From: an uncultured Planctomycetales bacterium | GTDB taxonomy: Bacteria > Planctomycetota > Phycisphaerae > UBA1845 > Fen-1342 | Assembly (NCBI GenBank): GCA_964563855.1 | Contig: CAZLYU010000015.1 | Span: 20,172-44,171, forward strand | Reading direction: 5' to 3' | Length of the DNA: 24,000 nt | In this document: positions 1 through 7,921 of the stretch, piece after piece | Layout of the letters: each line of letters starts with the position of its first letter | Numbering within the stretch: the first letter of the stretch is position 1 | Translations under genes and position numbers: made by a program | Notes under the pieces: generated by a model | Databases searched by the model: none | What the model was told of the DNA's origin: nothing | The model's input: the letters and a program-made list of their open reading frames with translations, nothing else

Positions 1-971
1 GTCGTCTGTGCGTCGCCGTAGGCGTCAATCAGGGGCAGCAGTTCGGTGTACTGCTGACCGGCGCGGCGCGTCAGGATGCGGGCGGCTTCGGTCTCCGCCT
101 CTTGAATTCGCGCCCGCTTCTGCTGTTCCGCGGTCACGACGTTGCGAAACGCGTCGCGCGTCGCCCCGGGTTCGATCGTTTCCGGTGTGACCTGCACGAT
201 GCGCACGCCGAGATCCAGCGCGTCGACCATCCGCTGCAACCGGCGCTGAATTTCGGCGGCGAGTTCGGCGCGGCCGCGGTAGAGCACTTCCTCGACCGTT
301 TTCGACGCGGCGGTGCGCAAGACGGCCGTCTCGGCGAGGCGCTGCAAGAGCGGCTCGACGGCGTCGGCCCCGTAGCGCTCTTCGCGTTGCAGGTCGGAGC
401 CGAGCAACTTGTTCATGAACGGTCCTTCGGGCTCATCGGCGATGCGCTCGGGAACGTTCATCGCAAACCGCACCGGATCGACCACGCGATACTCGATCAA
501 AAAGCGTCCGTGCGAGAGGTTGCGGTCGCCGGTGAGCAGCGCCCCGTCGACGCCCGGCGTCAGCTCTTGCTTCAGGCTCGAGGTTTCGGAGAGCGGTTTG
601 AAGGCGTCGCGCGGCGGCCGCGAGTATGCAAAGCGGTCGACGATCAGCGTCTGGTTGCTGCTGGGCAAGACCAGCTTCTCGTCGAACGGGTCGGGCAGCG
701 AGACGTGCCAACCCGGCTCGTACACCAGTTCGCCTTCCGACTTGGCCTTCAACTCTCCGAAGCGGGCCACGAGTCCAAACTCGGCGTCGCGCACTTCGAA
801 ACGGCCGGACAGGAAGTACAGCACGATCAGGATCACCATGACCACGCGCAGCACATTGAAGCCGCTGCGCAACGCGCTGGTGAGCGAGGCGTCGCCCGGG
901 TCGGTTGCGGGTGGTCCGGCGACCGGCGTGGAGAGCCCGGCTTCAGACTGGGTCGGGGGAGTTTGTTCCAT
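1..971 (-). CDS. SPFH/band-7 membrane protein, HflK-like (N-terminal part only; C-terminus runs off the left edge)
   Basis: Absent from the ORF track because it is open to the window edge. My own reverse-strand translation from ATG at 971..969 gives MEQTPPTQSEAGLSTPVAGPPATDPGDASLTSALRSGFNVLRVVMVILIVLYFLSGRFEVRDAEFGLVARFGEL... It has one TM helix after a ~35-aa Pro/Thr-rich leader, an SPFH core (LLTGDRNLSHGRFLIEYRVVDP), and the HflK-type motif AFRNVVTAEQQKRARIQEAETEA. I found no in-frame stop down to base 1. AAGGG lies ~9 nt upstream of the ATG. There is a 15-nt gap after the upstream gene's stop. Confidence 0.75.
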   Translation of the reverse strand, partial: MEQTPPTQSEAGLSTPVAGPPATDPGDASLTSALRSGFNVLRVVMVILIVLYFLSGRFEVRDAEFGLVARFGELKAKSEGELVYEPGWHVSLPDPFDEKLVLPSSNQTLIVDRFAYSRPPRDAFKPLSETSSLKQELTPGVDGALLTGDRNLSHGRFLIEYRVVDPVRFAMNVPERIADEPEGPFMNKLLGSDLQREERYGADAVEPLLQRLAETAVLRTAASKTVEEVLYRGRAELAAEIQRRLQRMVDALDLGVRIVQVTPETIEPGATRDAFRNVVTAEQQKRARIQEAETEAARILTRRAGQQYTELLPLIDAYGDAQT

Positions 972-986
972 GGTGCGCGCCCTTGC

Positions 987-2003
987 CTACTCGCCCGTCA
1001 TGACCTGATTCAGCAACCGCTCGTTCATCGCCGCCCGCTGCGACGGCGATTCGTCGTCAGCGCTCGTCTGCTGCGGCGTCGATTCGAAACGCGGCACGCC
1101 CGGCGACATCAGCATCTGGTAGAACGGAGAGTTGCTGTCGATGAAGAACGTGACCCGCTCTTCCAACGCGGCCTTGGCCGCGTCGAGCCAGCGAAGGTAC
1201 TGGAAGAACTCCCGGTCGTCGGCGTCGATCTGTCGAAAGATGCGGGTCGCTGCGGCGACGCCTTCCGAGCGAATCTGCTGCGCGCGTCGATCGGCGAAGG
1301 CCAGGATCTGGCGGGCGTTGGCTTCCGCCTCGGCCTTGATCGCCGCCGCGATCGACTCGCCTTGCTGGCGATACTCGGTCGCTTTCTCCTCACGCTCTTT
1401 GCGCATCTGGTCGAACACGGTCTGCGTGGTCTGCGCGGGAAGCGAGATGCGCCGCAGGTTGAATTGCAGCAGTTCGATGCCGTAGTCGCGATCGAGCCCG
1501 CCGGCTGCTTCGGCGAGCAGCTCCTGCTCGATGCGTTCGTACGAGGCGTCGAGGTCGGCGGCGTTGGTGTTCACGAAGTCGCGCATGTCGTGGGCGCCCA
1601 TGACCGCCGCCATGGCCTGCGCCAGACGAGCCCGCATCTGGTCGCGCGCCGCCGCTTCGGTCCGCGCAGCGCGATGGAATCGCAAGGCGTCGCCGACCCG
1701 CCACACGCCGTAAGCGCCGACGATGATGTTCTTGCCGTCGCGGGTTTTGATTTCGGTCTCGCTCGTGTCGATCGTCTGCAGCCGACGGTCGTAGTGCGTG
1801 AGCGTATCGATGGGCCAGGGCCAGCGGAACTTGAGCCCCGGGTCATCGCCGTTCGCGTTGTAGACGCCTCCGTCGGCGACGCGTCCCATGGTCTCCTTCA
1901 CCACCACGTCGGAGAAGCGCACTTTGAAGGAGAACGCGTAGACGCCGAAGATGATGAGCACCGCGGCCGCGACGATCACCGTCATGAAGGGGAAACGACT
2001 CAT
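987..2003 (-). CDS. SPFH/band-7 membrane protein, HflC-like
   Basis: The ORF track entry 987..2009 starts at GTG. I prefer the ATG at 2003 because GAGGAG lies 5 nt upstream. An N-terminal TM helix (FMTVIVAAAVLIIFGVYAF) is followed directly by an SPFH core (GLKFRWPWPIDTL, IKTRDGKNIIVGAYGVWRV). The C-terminal helix is HflC-type (VFDQMRKEREEKATEYRQQGESIAAAIKAEAEANARQILAFADRRAQQIRSEG). Third-position GC is high. Confidence 0.85.
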   Translation of the reverse strand: MSRFPFMTVIVAAAVLIIFGVYAFSFKVRFSDVVVKETMGRVADGGVYNANGDDPGLKFRWPWPIDTLTHYDRRLQTIDTSETEIKTRDGKNIIVGAYGVWRVGDALRFHRAARTEAAARDQMRARLAQAMAAVMGAHDMRDFVNTNAADLDASYERIEQELLAEAAGGLDRDYGIELLQFNLRRISLPAQTTQTVFDQMRKEREEKATEYRQQGESIAAAIKAEAEANARQILAFADRRAQQIRSEGVAAATRIFRQIDADDREFFQYLRWLDAAKAALEERVTFFIDSNSPFYQMLMSPGVPRFESTPQQTSADDESPSQRAAMNERLLNQVMTGE

Positions 2004-2033
2004 GCACACTCCTCGCTCAAAGGCGGCGTGATA

Positions 2034-4598
2034 TTAGGGTTCATCGCGCCGCACCTGCATTTCGACGTCTTCCGGACGCGCCTGCTCCTCCGCCTGGTAG
2101 CGAATGTGCACCGGACGCCTCTCGGACGGGAACGCCATGAAGTATTTTCGATCCTGGCGAATGCCGTTCACCAGTTCCGTGAGATAGCGGCGCGTGCGGT
2201 AGATCGCGGGCGCCGCTCGATAGGCTTCGAGTTCGAGGCGGAGTTGCGTGACCTGGGCGGCGGCGCGCATCTCCCGCTCCCAACGCTCGGCCCGGGCCTC
2301 GGCCAGCAGCACGGCCGCCTGGCCCTGCAGCTCCTGCTCGAGCGACTGCGTCTTCGCGCGCCAGAACGTGAGCGCGGTTCGCGCTGTCGCGCGCGCGACG
2401 AGGGCGTCGATCTCATCATCTGAGAGCTGCTCATCGCGCAATGCCGATCGAACCTCGAGCAGCGAATCACTCAGCTGCTCCTCGGCTTCTTCAACACGCC
2501 GCTCGGCCGCGACGACCTGCTCGTCGATGACGGCCCGATCGTTGGCCGTAAACCGCATACCCAGGCCGAACTGCATCTCTGAGCGATCCCGAAGCCGTTC
2601 GGTTTGCGCTAACGCCCAGCGGGCTTGCTCGAGCGCGAGGAACTGCGGTGCGAACGTCTCGAAACGCTCGTCGTAAGACGCGATTTCATCTTCGCTAAGC
2701 CGCGGCGAGAGTTGCGCTTCCGCCAGGTTCAGCGCGTTCTCCGCCGAGATCGCTCCGCGCACGGCGGCGGCCAATTGCTGTGCTCGGCCGCGGTCTCCCG
2801 CGACGGTGGCCAGGCGCTCGTTCTCGGTCACCAGGGCCTCGCGAATCGAAGCCACTTTCTCTTGCTCCGCCTTCACGACGTTGCGGAACGCCTCGGCGAC
2901 CGTCTTCTCGGGGTGCACATTTTCGACGCCGACGTAGACAATCTCGAGTCCCAAACCGCCGCCGTCGGGACCGGCCGTTGCGACGGCCTTCTCGACACGC
3001 TCCTGCAACGCTTCATCCAGCGCGCGCCGTGCTTCGCCGAGCAGCCCGTCAACCGTTTGCGACGCGTTGAACTTCACGACTTCCCGCCACGCCAGGCTGC
3101 GCAGGAGCGACACCGGCGAATCGGTGAGCCGCGCGTACTGCGCCACGGCGTTCGGATCGATGCGGTACTGCACGATGACGTCCATGCGTATCAGGCTGAC
3201 CGGGACATCGACCGCCGCTCCCCCGTCGACCTCGGTGAGCGCCGCCAGCCCGTCGAGCTCGGTCGCACGTCGCGGCGGCGTCGGGTTCTCCTCATCAACC
3301 GGCGGAACAATCAAAAAGTCGAAGTGCTCGTGTCCCAGATGCTGTTCGTCGGTCCAAAGCGACACCACGTCCGCCCGGGTGCGTTCCTCGAAGTCGGGTT
3401 CGGCGTCGAAATCGGTGAAGCCGATGTACATCTGCTGCACGCGGCCCGTGTCATAGACCCGCGCTACGTCGATGGGCCACGGCAGCTTCCAATGCAGGCC
3501 CGGTCCGAGCGGACGATCGGCGTTCAACTGTCGGCCGAATCGCTCCACGATCACGTGTTCGTTCGGCTGGATGACGACGACCGTGGTCAGCATCCAGAGC
3601 ATCGCTGCGCCCAGCGCCAGCAGCGGCGCCGCGGTCCGCTGCACGAGCTGATAAAACCAGGTTTGCGATACGCGGAAGCCAAACTGGTAGTTAACGGCTT
3701 CGGCGATCGAGTGGGCGATGCCGCCCGGCTCGGAGAACAGCCCGAGCAGTCGACTGTCGAACGCGGCCCGCGGCTCGACTTGCGGCGATCGCGGGCGGTA
3801 GACGTCGAACACCACGTTCAACAGGATTTCGGCGCCCAGCAACACCATGAGGCCGGGAATCGCGAACGCGAGCACGTGCTCCCAATAGGTGGAGCCCGCA
3901 TAGAGCTGAATACCGAGGGCGATCACCACCGCGGCCGCGGCGAGCACATTGCCCATCAGATACGAGGCCGCCGCGCGGAGGAGCTGTTGGTCCGCCGCGC
4001 GGGCCAATCCCGCCGCCCAACGTGAGTAAAGGAACAGCACGAGCGTGGCGATCGAGACCACGATCATCGAGATCGCCGGGGTCGAGGGGCGTCCCCACTG
4101 CGCGGCGACGAGAGCGTCGCTGCTTACCGACAGGCCCGCCGGTCCCGCGAGCAGATACCACAGCCCCACGCCACCGCCCGCGAGCGCCACGCCGAGCACC
4201 AGTCCGAACGTGGGCAGCAGATAGCGTTCCATCCACGCCAACCGGTTGGCGGCGACATGGAAGCCGCTGCTCTGCTCATCGAACAGCGCCGCTCCGGCTC
4301 CGGCGGACTGCTTCTCGCGGAGCAGCTCCTCGACGTCGAGGCGCTCCGCCGCCGCCAACTCGCGTTGACGAAACACCAACGCGAGCGCCAACCACAGCAC
4401 CACGCCGACGCCAACGAAGATCGCGAGGTGGAAAAGCGAGCGCGAATAGGGCGCTGCGGCCAGATTTTCAGCAGGATCCGGAGCGTTTCCGGCGGCGAAG
4501 CTGGTGAGCAGCAGCACCATGAACGCCAGAAACTGCAGCAGCAGGCCGCCGACGGCGACACGCCGACCACGGGCGAAGTCTTGTTGCGCCACAGACAT
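2034..4598 (-). CDS. Giant polytopic SPFH protein: ~7 TM helices + HflK-like SPFH domain + long C-terminal coiled coil (854 aa)
   Basis: The ORF track entry 2034..4607 starts at TTG. The ATG at 4598 is preceded by TGAGGTG. Residues ~1-345 hold about seven hydrophobic helices (VAVGGLLLQFLAFMVLLLTSF, LFHLAIFVGVGVVLWLALALVF, YLLPTFGLVLGVALAGGGVGLWYLL, AISMIVVSIATLVLFLYSRW, YLMGNVLAAAAVVIALGIQLY, VLAFAIPGLMVLLGAEILLNVVF, AAPLLALGAAMLWMLTTVVVI). Residues ~345-600 are the SPFH core (HVIVERFGRQL, GLHWKLPWPIDV, IRMDVIVQYRIDP, AFRNVVKAEQEKVASIREA). Residues ~600-854 are Glu/Ala/Arg/Leu-rich and look like coiled coil. Confidence 0.8.
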   Translation of the reverse strand: MSVAQQDFARGRRVAVGGLLLQFLAFMVLLLTSFAAGNAPDPAENLAAAPYSRSLFHLAIFVGVGVVLWLALALVFRQRELAAAERLDVEELLREKQSAGAGAALFDEQSSGFHVAANRLAWMERYLLPTFGLVLGVALAGGGVGLWYLLAGPAGLSVSSDALVAAQWGRPSTPAISMIVVSIATLVLFLYSRWAAGLARAADQQLLRAAASYLMGNVLAAAAVVIALGIQLYAGSTYWEHVLAFAIPGLMVLLGAEILLNVVFDVYRPRSPQVEPRAAFDSRLLGLFSEPGGIAHSIAEAVNYQFGFRVSQTWFYQLVQRTAAPLLALGAAMLWMLTTVVVIQPNEHVIVERFGRQLNADRPLGPGLHWKLPWPIDVARVYDTGRVQQMYIGFTDFDAEPDFEERTRADVVSLWTDEQHLGHEHFDFLIVPPVDEENPTPPRRATELDGLAALTEVDGGAAVDVPVSLIRMDVIVQYRIDPNAVAQYARLTDSPVSLLRSLAWREVVKFNASQTVDGLLGEARRALDEALQERVEKAVATAGPDGGGLGLEIVYVGVENVHPEKTVAEAFRNVVKAEQEKVASIREALVTENERLATVAGDRGRAQQLAAAVRGAISAENALNLAEAQLSPRLSEDEIASYDERFETFAPQFLALEQARWALAQTERLRDRSEMQFGLGMRFTANDRAVIDEQVVAAERRVEEAEEQLSDSLLEVRSALRDEQLSDDEIDALVARATARTALTFWRAKTQSLEQELQGQAAVLLAEARAERWEREMRAAAQVTQLRLELEAYRAAPAIYRTRRYLTELVNGIRQDRKYFMAFPSERRPVHIRYQAEEQARPEDVEMQVRRDEP

Positions 4599-4668
4599 GC
4601 ACCTCAATCAATTCAAACGCTGAATCGTACGATCAGGAGCGACGGGTCGACCAGCTCGCTCGGCCTGC

Positions 4669-4720
4669 TTGTCGCTCATACAGTACGCTCGCATAATAGG
4701 AAACGTGTCGCAAGTGTCCA
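4669..4720. promoter_or_regulatory. Candidate overlapping divergent sigma70-like promoters sharing one AT-rich -10 box
   Basis: Plus strand: TTGTCG (4669-4674), 17-nt spacer, CATAAT (4692-4697), pointing at the ABC-2 permease ATG at 4755. Minus strand: TGGACA (4720-4715), 16-nt spacer, TATTAT (4698-4693), pointing at the SPFH operon ATG at 4598. CATAATA is the only AT-rich patch in this 156-bp divergent intergenic region. This is consensus matching by eye. Promoter rules for this lineage are not known to me. Confidence 0.3.
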
Positions 4721-4754
4721 CGCCGAACACCGACCTTCGTAGCCGCCCAGCGTC

Positions 4755-5732
4755 ATGATCACCAAACTGCTCGCGATCGCCGGCAACACGTTCCTCGAGA
4801 CGATTCGCCAGCCAATCTACAACATCCTGATGTGGAGCGCGATCTTCTGGGTGGCGTTTGTCGGGCCGCCGCTGGCCGGTTATTCGCTCGACACCGACCG
4901 CGACATCAACGTCTACATGGACATCAGCCTCGCCACGCTGCTGCTCTACGGCTTGCTGGCCAGCGTTTTCAGCGCCGCTGGCGTGATCACCCGTGAAATC
5001 GAGACCCAGACCGTCCTCACCGTCGTATCGAAGCCCGTGTCGCGCGTCACGTTTCTGCTCGGAAAATACGCCGGCGTGATCGCCGCGATCTTCGTCAGCT
5101 ACTACATCGTCTCGCTGGCCATGTTCTTCGCCACACGCCACGGCACGATGCCGACCGCCGCCGACCCGTACGATCAGCCGGTGTGGGTTTTCGGGGCCGG
5201 CGGGGCGCTGCTCGGCTTGCTGATCGCCGGATTCGCCAACTACTTCTACGGCTGGAATTTCTTCACGACGACCTTGGCCGCTTGGTGTCCCATCGCCACC
5301 TTCGGCATGCTTGTCGTGCTGTTCTTCGATCATGGGTGGACGTTCCAACCCCCGACAACCGACTTCGGCGATCTGCAACTCATCTACGCCGTCATCATGA
5401 TGTTCTTCGGTGTCGTGGTGCTGACCGCGTTCGCGGTCGTGTTGTCCACGCGTTTTGGTCAAACGGCGACGCTCCTGCTCTGCAGCGGTGTGCTGATGGC
5501 CGGGCTGCTGTCCGACTACTACACCGGAGCGCAACGTGAGGCGGCCCCGGTCTTTCAAGTCCTGTACTCGATTCTGCCGAACATGCAGTTCTTCTGGGTG
5601 GGGCAGGCGTTGACGCAAGATCAGACCATTCAGGTGTCGCTCGTCGCCGCCACGGCCGCCTACGCCGGCCTATACACCGCGGCGGTGCTCAGCTTCGGTG
5701 TGGCGCTCTTCCAGACGCGCGAAGTGGGGTAA
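4755..5732 (+). CDS. ABC-2 family (NosY/YhaP-like) transporter permease, no adjacent ATPase
   Basis: ATG at 4755, 325 aa, about eight hydrophobic segments. The motif TREIETQTVLTVVSKPVSRVTFLLGKYAG matches the E-x-x-x-T-x-x-x-(L/V)-x-S-K-P-(I/V)-S-R signature I associate with ABC-2 type permeases. Third-position GC is high. Confidence 0.7.
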   Translation: MITKLLAIAGNTFLETIRQPIYNILMWSAIFWVAFVGPPLAGYSLDTDRDINVYMDISLATLLLYGLLASVFSAAGVITREIETQTVLTVVSKPVSRVTFLLGKYAGVIAAIFVSYYIVSLAMFFATRHGTMPTAADPYDQPVWVFGAGGALLGLLIAGFANYFYGWNFFTTTLAAWCPIATFGMLVVLFFDHGWTFQPPTTDFGDLQLIYAVIMMFFGVVVLTAFAVVLSTRFGQTATLLLCSGVLMAGLLSDYYTGAQREAAPVFQVLYSILPNMQFFWVGQALTQDQTIQVSLVAATAAYAGLYTAAVLSFGVALFQTREVG

Positions 5733-5880
5733 CGCCGACGGGGGCGCGGCGATCGCGCGATCGAGTCGCGGGCGTACATTCCGATTGAATACGACGATGA
5801 CGAGTACCTGGTTCGCGCCTCGTCGAAAGGGCGGGGGGATTGAAATACGCGGCGAATGGAATTTGCGCTGCGACGGCAGT

Positions 5881-6075
5881 TTACTCTTCTTCGCCCTTCT
5901 TAGGCTTCTTGCCGGCAGCCTTGAGCTTGCGATTGGATACCTTCGGCATTCCCAGGGGGCTGCGCTCGCCCCACTTGTCGAGCTCGATGAGTCGCGCGAC
6001 GCGTTCGGCCCGCGTCAGCACATTGCGGTGACGCGCCAGCGTGCTCTTCAACTTCAGGGTTGTGTCGACCGACAT
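5881..6075 (-). CDS. Small basic protein (64 aa), PVC-type family (TIGR04137-like, from memory)
   Basis: The ORF track entry 5881..6078 starts at GTG. The ATG is one codon later (6075), with GGAG 7 nt upstream. Sequence: [64 protein letters not shown]. The core [10 protein letters not shown]...G.SP.G.PKV and the Lys-rich tail match my memory of the small-basic-protein family found mainly in Planctomycetes, Verrucomicrobia and Chlamydiae. Not verified. Confidence 0.6.
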   Translation of the reverse strand: MSVDTTLKLKSTLARHRNVLTRAERVARLIELDKWGERSPLGMPKVSNRKLKAAGKKPKKGEEE

Positions 6076-6113
6076 CACAGCACTCCAAGCAGACCAATCT
6101 CGTAAGTCCGGCG

Positions 6114-6142
6114 AGTATGTCTCGGAAGCCGCCGCGCGTCAA
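6114..6142 (-). promoter_or_regulatory. Candidate sigma70-like promoter for the small basic protein gene
   Basis: Minus strand: TTGACG (6142-6137), 17-nt spacer, CATACT (6119-6114). The predicted transcript start is ~35-40 nt upstream of the ATG at 6075, leaving room for the GGAG ribosome-binding site. By-eye consensus match only. Confidence 0.3.
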
Positions 6143-6286
6143 GCCGATCACTTTCGGCCCAGCGTGTGCAGGCTTTATCGGCGCCTCGCGCCGCTCGAGC
6201 CCAATCCGCGCCCGGGCCCGCTATGCTGCGCAGCACACCGGTACACCGGCCCCCAACCGTACAACTCCGGGGCCGCCGGCGCCGCC

Positions 6287-7918
6287 ATGGACCTGATCCC
6301 CACCGCCCTGGACCCCAAAGCCCCCGCCGCGGTCGCCAACCGCGAGGCGAACCTCCACCTGCTCAAAGACCTCCGCAGCCGGCTCGAAACAGTCAAGGCC
6401 GGCGGCGGAGCGGAGCGCGTCGGCAAGCATCGCGAGCGCGGAAAACTGTTCGTGCGCGACCGCATCGACGCGCTGCTCGATCCGCAGAGCCCGTTTCTCG
6501 AGCTCGCGCCGCTCGCCGCGAGCGGCCTCTACGACGACGCCGCGCCGGGCGCCGGCCTCGTCATCGGATTGGGGCGCATCAGCGGTCGCCTGGCCGTTGT
6601 CGTCGCGAACGACGCCACTGTGAAAGGGGGAGCCTATTTTCCGATCACCGTCAAGAAACACCTCCGCGCCCAGGAAGTCGCGCTGGAAAATCGCCTGCCG
6701 TCCGTCTACTTGGTCGATTCCGGCGGCGCCTTCCTGCCGCTGCAGGCGGAAGTCTTCCCCGATCGCGATCACTTCGGACGCATCTTCTTTAACCAAGCCC
6801 GACTCTCCGCAAACGGCGTCCCGCAAATCGCCGTCGTCATGGGCTCCTGCACCGCAGGCGGCGCCTACGTGCCGGCAATGAGCTATGAGACCGTCATCGT
6901 GAAGCAGCAGGGCACGATCTTCCTCGGCGGCCCACCACTCGTGAAAGCCGCCACCGGGGAGGAAGTCAGCGCGGAGGAGCTTGGCGGCGCTGACGTGCAT
7001 ACGGCGACCTCGGGCGTCGCCGACCACTATGCCCAGAACGACGAAGACGCCCTCGCGATTACGCGGAGCATTTTCGAACATCTCCCCGCTTCGACTCCCA
7101 ACGACCCACGGATCGCGGCGCTCCGCGCGCGGCGCCATTCGCCGGAGCCGCCGCAGCACGACGCGGATGACTTGCGGGCGATCGTGCCGGTCGATGCCCG
7201 CCGGGCGTACGACGTGCGGGAAGTGATTGCGCGGATCGTCGACGGCAGCCGCTTGCACGAATTCAAGGCCCGCTACGGGACGACGCTGGTCTGCGGGTTC
7301 GCGCATCTCTGGGGCTGGCCGGTCGGCGTGATCGCGAACAACGGGGTGCTGTTCTCGGAGAGCGCGCTGAAGGGAGCCCACTTCGTCGAACTGTGCAGCC
7401 AGCGGGGAACGCCGCTGATTTTTCTCCAGAACATCACCGGGTTCATGGTGGGGCGTGAGTATGAAGCGCGCGGCATCGCGAAAGACGGCGCGAAACTGGT
7501 CGCTGCAGTGAGCAACGCCGCCGTTCCCAAGTTCACCGTGATCATCGGGGGTTCGTATGGTGCTGGAAATTACGGGATGTGCGGTCGCGCCTTCGGCCCG
7601 CGACAATTGTGGATGTGGCCGAACGCGCGCATCAGCGTGATGGGCGGCGAACAGGCGGCGAACGTCTTGCTGACTGTCAAACAGGACCAACTCGCGGCAC
7701 AAGGCCGGCCGCTGCTCACCGACCAGCAGGCGGCCGAATTCAAAGCGCCGACCCTCGACAAGTACGCCGCGGAGAGCAGTTGCTACTACAGCACCGCACG
7801 CTTGTGGGACGATGGGGTGATCGATCCGGTCGACACGCGCATGGTGCTGGGCTTGGGAATCGAGGCGGCGTTGCACGCCCCGTTCCCGCCGCGCCGCCAG
7901 AGCGTCTTTCGGATGTAG
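6287..7918 (+). CDS. Acyl-CoA carboxylase carboxyltransferase (beta) subunit, methylcrotonyl-CoA carboxylase beta type (MccB/LiuB-like)
   Basis: The ORF track entry 6041..7918 has an 82-aa Arg/Pro-rich N-terminal extension that I reject. The ATG at 6287 gives 543 aa. Long near-identical blocks match my memory of MCCC2-type enzymes: [133 protein letters not shown]. Confidence 0.9.
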   Translation: MDLIPTALDPKAPAAVANREANLHLLKDLRSRLETVKAGGGAERVGKHRERGKLFVRDRIDALLDPQSPFLELAPLAASGLYDDAAPGAGLVIGLGRISGRLAVVVANDATVKGGAYFPITVKKHLRAQEVALENRLPSVYLVDSGGAFLPLQAEVFPDRDHFGRIFFNQARLSANGVPQIAVVMGSCTAGGAYVPAMSYETVIVKQQGTIFLGGPPLVKAATGEEVSAEELGGADVHTATSGVADHYAQNDEDALAITRSIFEHLPASTPNDPRIAALRARRHSPEPPQHDADDLRAIVPVDARRAYDVREVIARIVDGSRLHEFKARYGTTLVCGFAHLWGWPVGVIANNGVLFSESALKGAHFVELCSQRGTPLIFLQNITGFMVGREYEARGIAKDGAKLVAAVSNAAVPKFTVIIGGSYGAGNYGMCGRAFGPRQLWMWPNARISVMGGEQAANVLLTVKQDQLAAQGRPLLTDQQAAEFKAPTLDKYAAESSCYYSTARLWDDGVIDPVDTRMVLGLGIEAALHAPFPPRRQSVFRM

Positions 7919-7921
7919 TCG

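Noticed and set aside
102-2423. 773-aa plus-strand ORF, the longest in this part of the window
   Set aside because: It runs antisense across three separate, well-supported SPFH genes. Its composition is Arg/Gly/Ala/His/Asp-rich with no recognisable motif, and it has the wrong third-position GC pattern. This is a typical shadow ORF of GC-rich DNA.
2625-4025. 466-aa plus-strand ORF. Similar long ORFs lie at 4608..5618(-), 7740..8663(-), 8273..9622(+), 11798..13075(+), 15769..16497(-), 18115..19047(+), 18828..20105(+), 20024..21004(+), 20747..21523(-), 21933..22667(-) and 22683..23951(-).
   Set aside because: All are antisense to, or out of frame with, genes that have clear family motifs. All are Arg/Pro/Gly/His-rich low-complexity translations. 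I see no evidence that any is a genuine overlapping gene.
5751-5762. Perfect 12-bp palindrome GATCGCGCGATC just after the ABC-2 permease stop
   Set aside because: It is short, and CG/GATC-rich palindromes are expected by chance in DNA this GC-rich. There is no T-tract and no second copy that I could find, so I do not call it a terminator or an operator.
5799-5824. Hairpin GACGAG-N14-CTCGTC in the convergent intergenic region between the ABC-2 permease and the small basic protein
   Set aside because: The stem is only 6 bp, the loop is 14 nt, and there is no following U-tract on either strand. Too weak to call an intrinsic terminator or an sRNA.
5733-5880. Searched the larger intergenic gaps (5733-5880, 6076-6286, 12932-13028, 14079-14281, 16474-16563, 20618-20723) for tRNA/sRNA/riboswitch-like structure. 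GGTTCGCGCC at 5810-5819 superficially resembles a T-loop.
   Set aside because: No flanking acceptor or T-stem complementarity and no cloverleaf. I recognised no riboswitch consensus. This cannot be excluded without a covariance-model scan (Infernal/Rfam, tRNAscan-SE).
6041-6286. 82-aa N-terminal extension of the carboxyltransferase ORF. Analogous extensions occur on ddl (10635..10718) and DUF4416 (20618..20725).
   Set aside because: The extensions are Arg/Pro-rich, have no counterpart in the families as I remember them, and overlap neighbouring genes or promoter regions. Internal ATGs with better context give family-typical N-termini.
6221-7876. 551-aa minus-strand ORF
   Set aside because: It is antisense to the very strongly conserved carboxyltransferase gene. 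The sequence is Arg/Ala/Gly/Val-rich and low-complexity. Shadow ORF.
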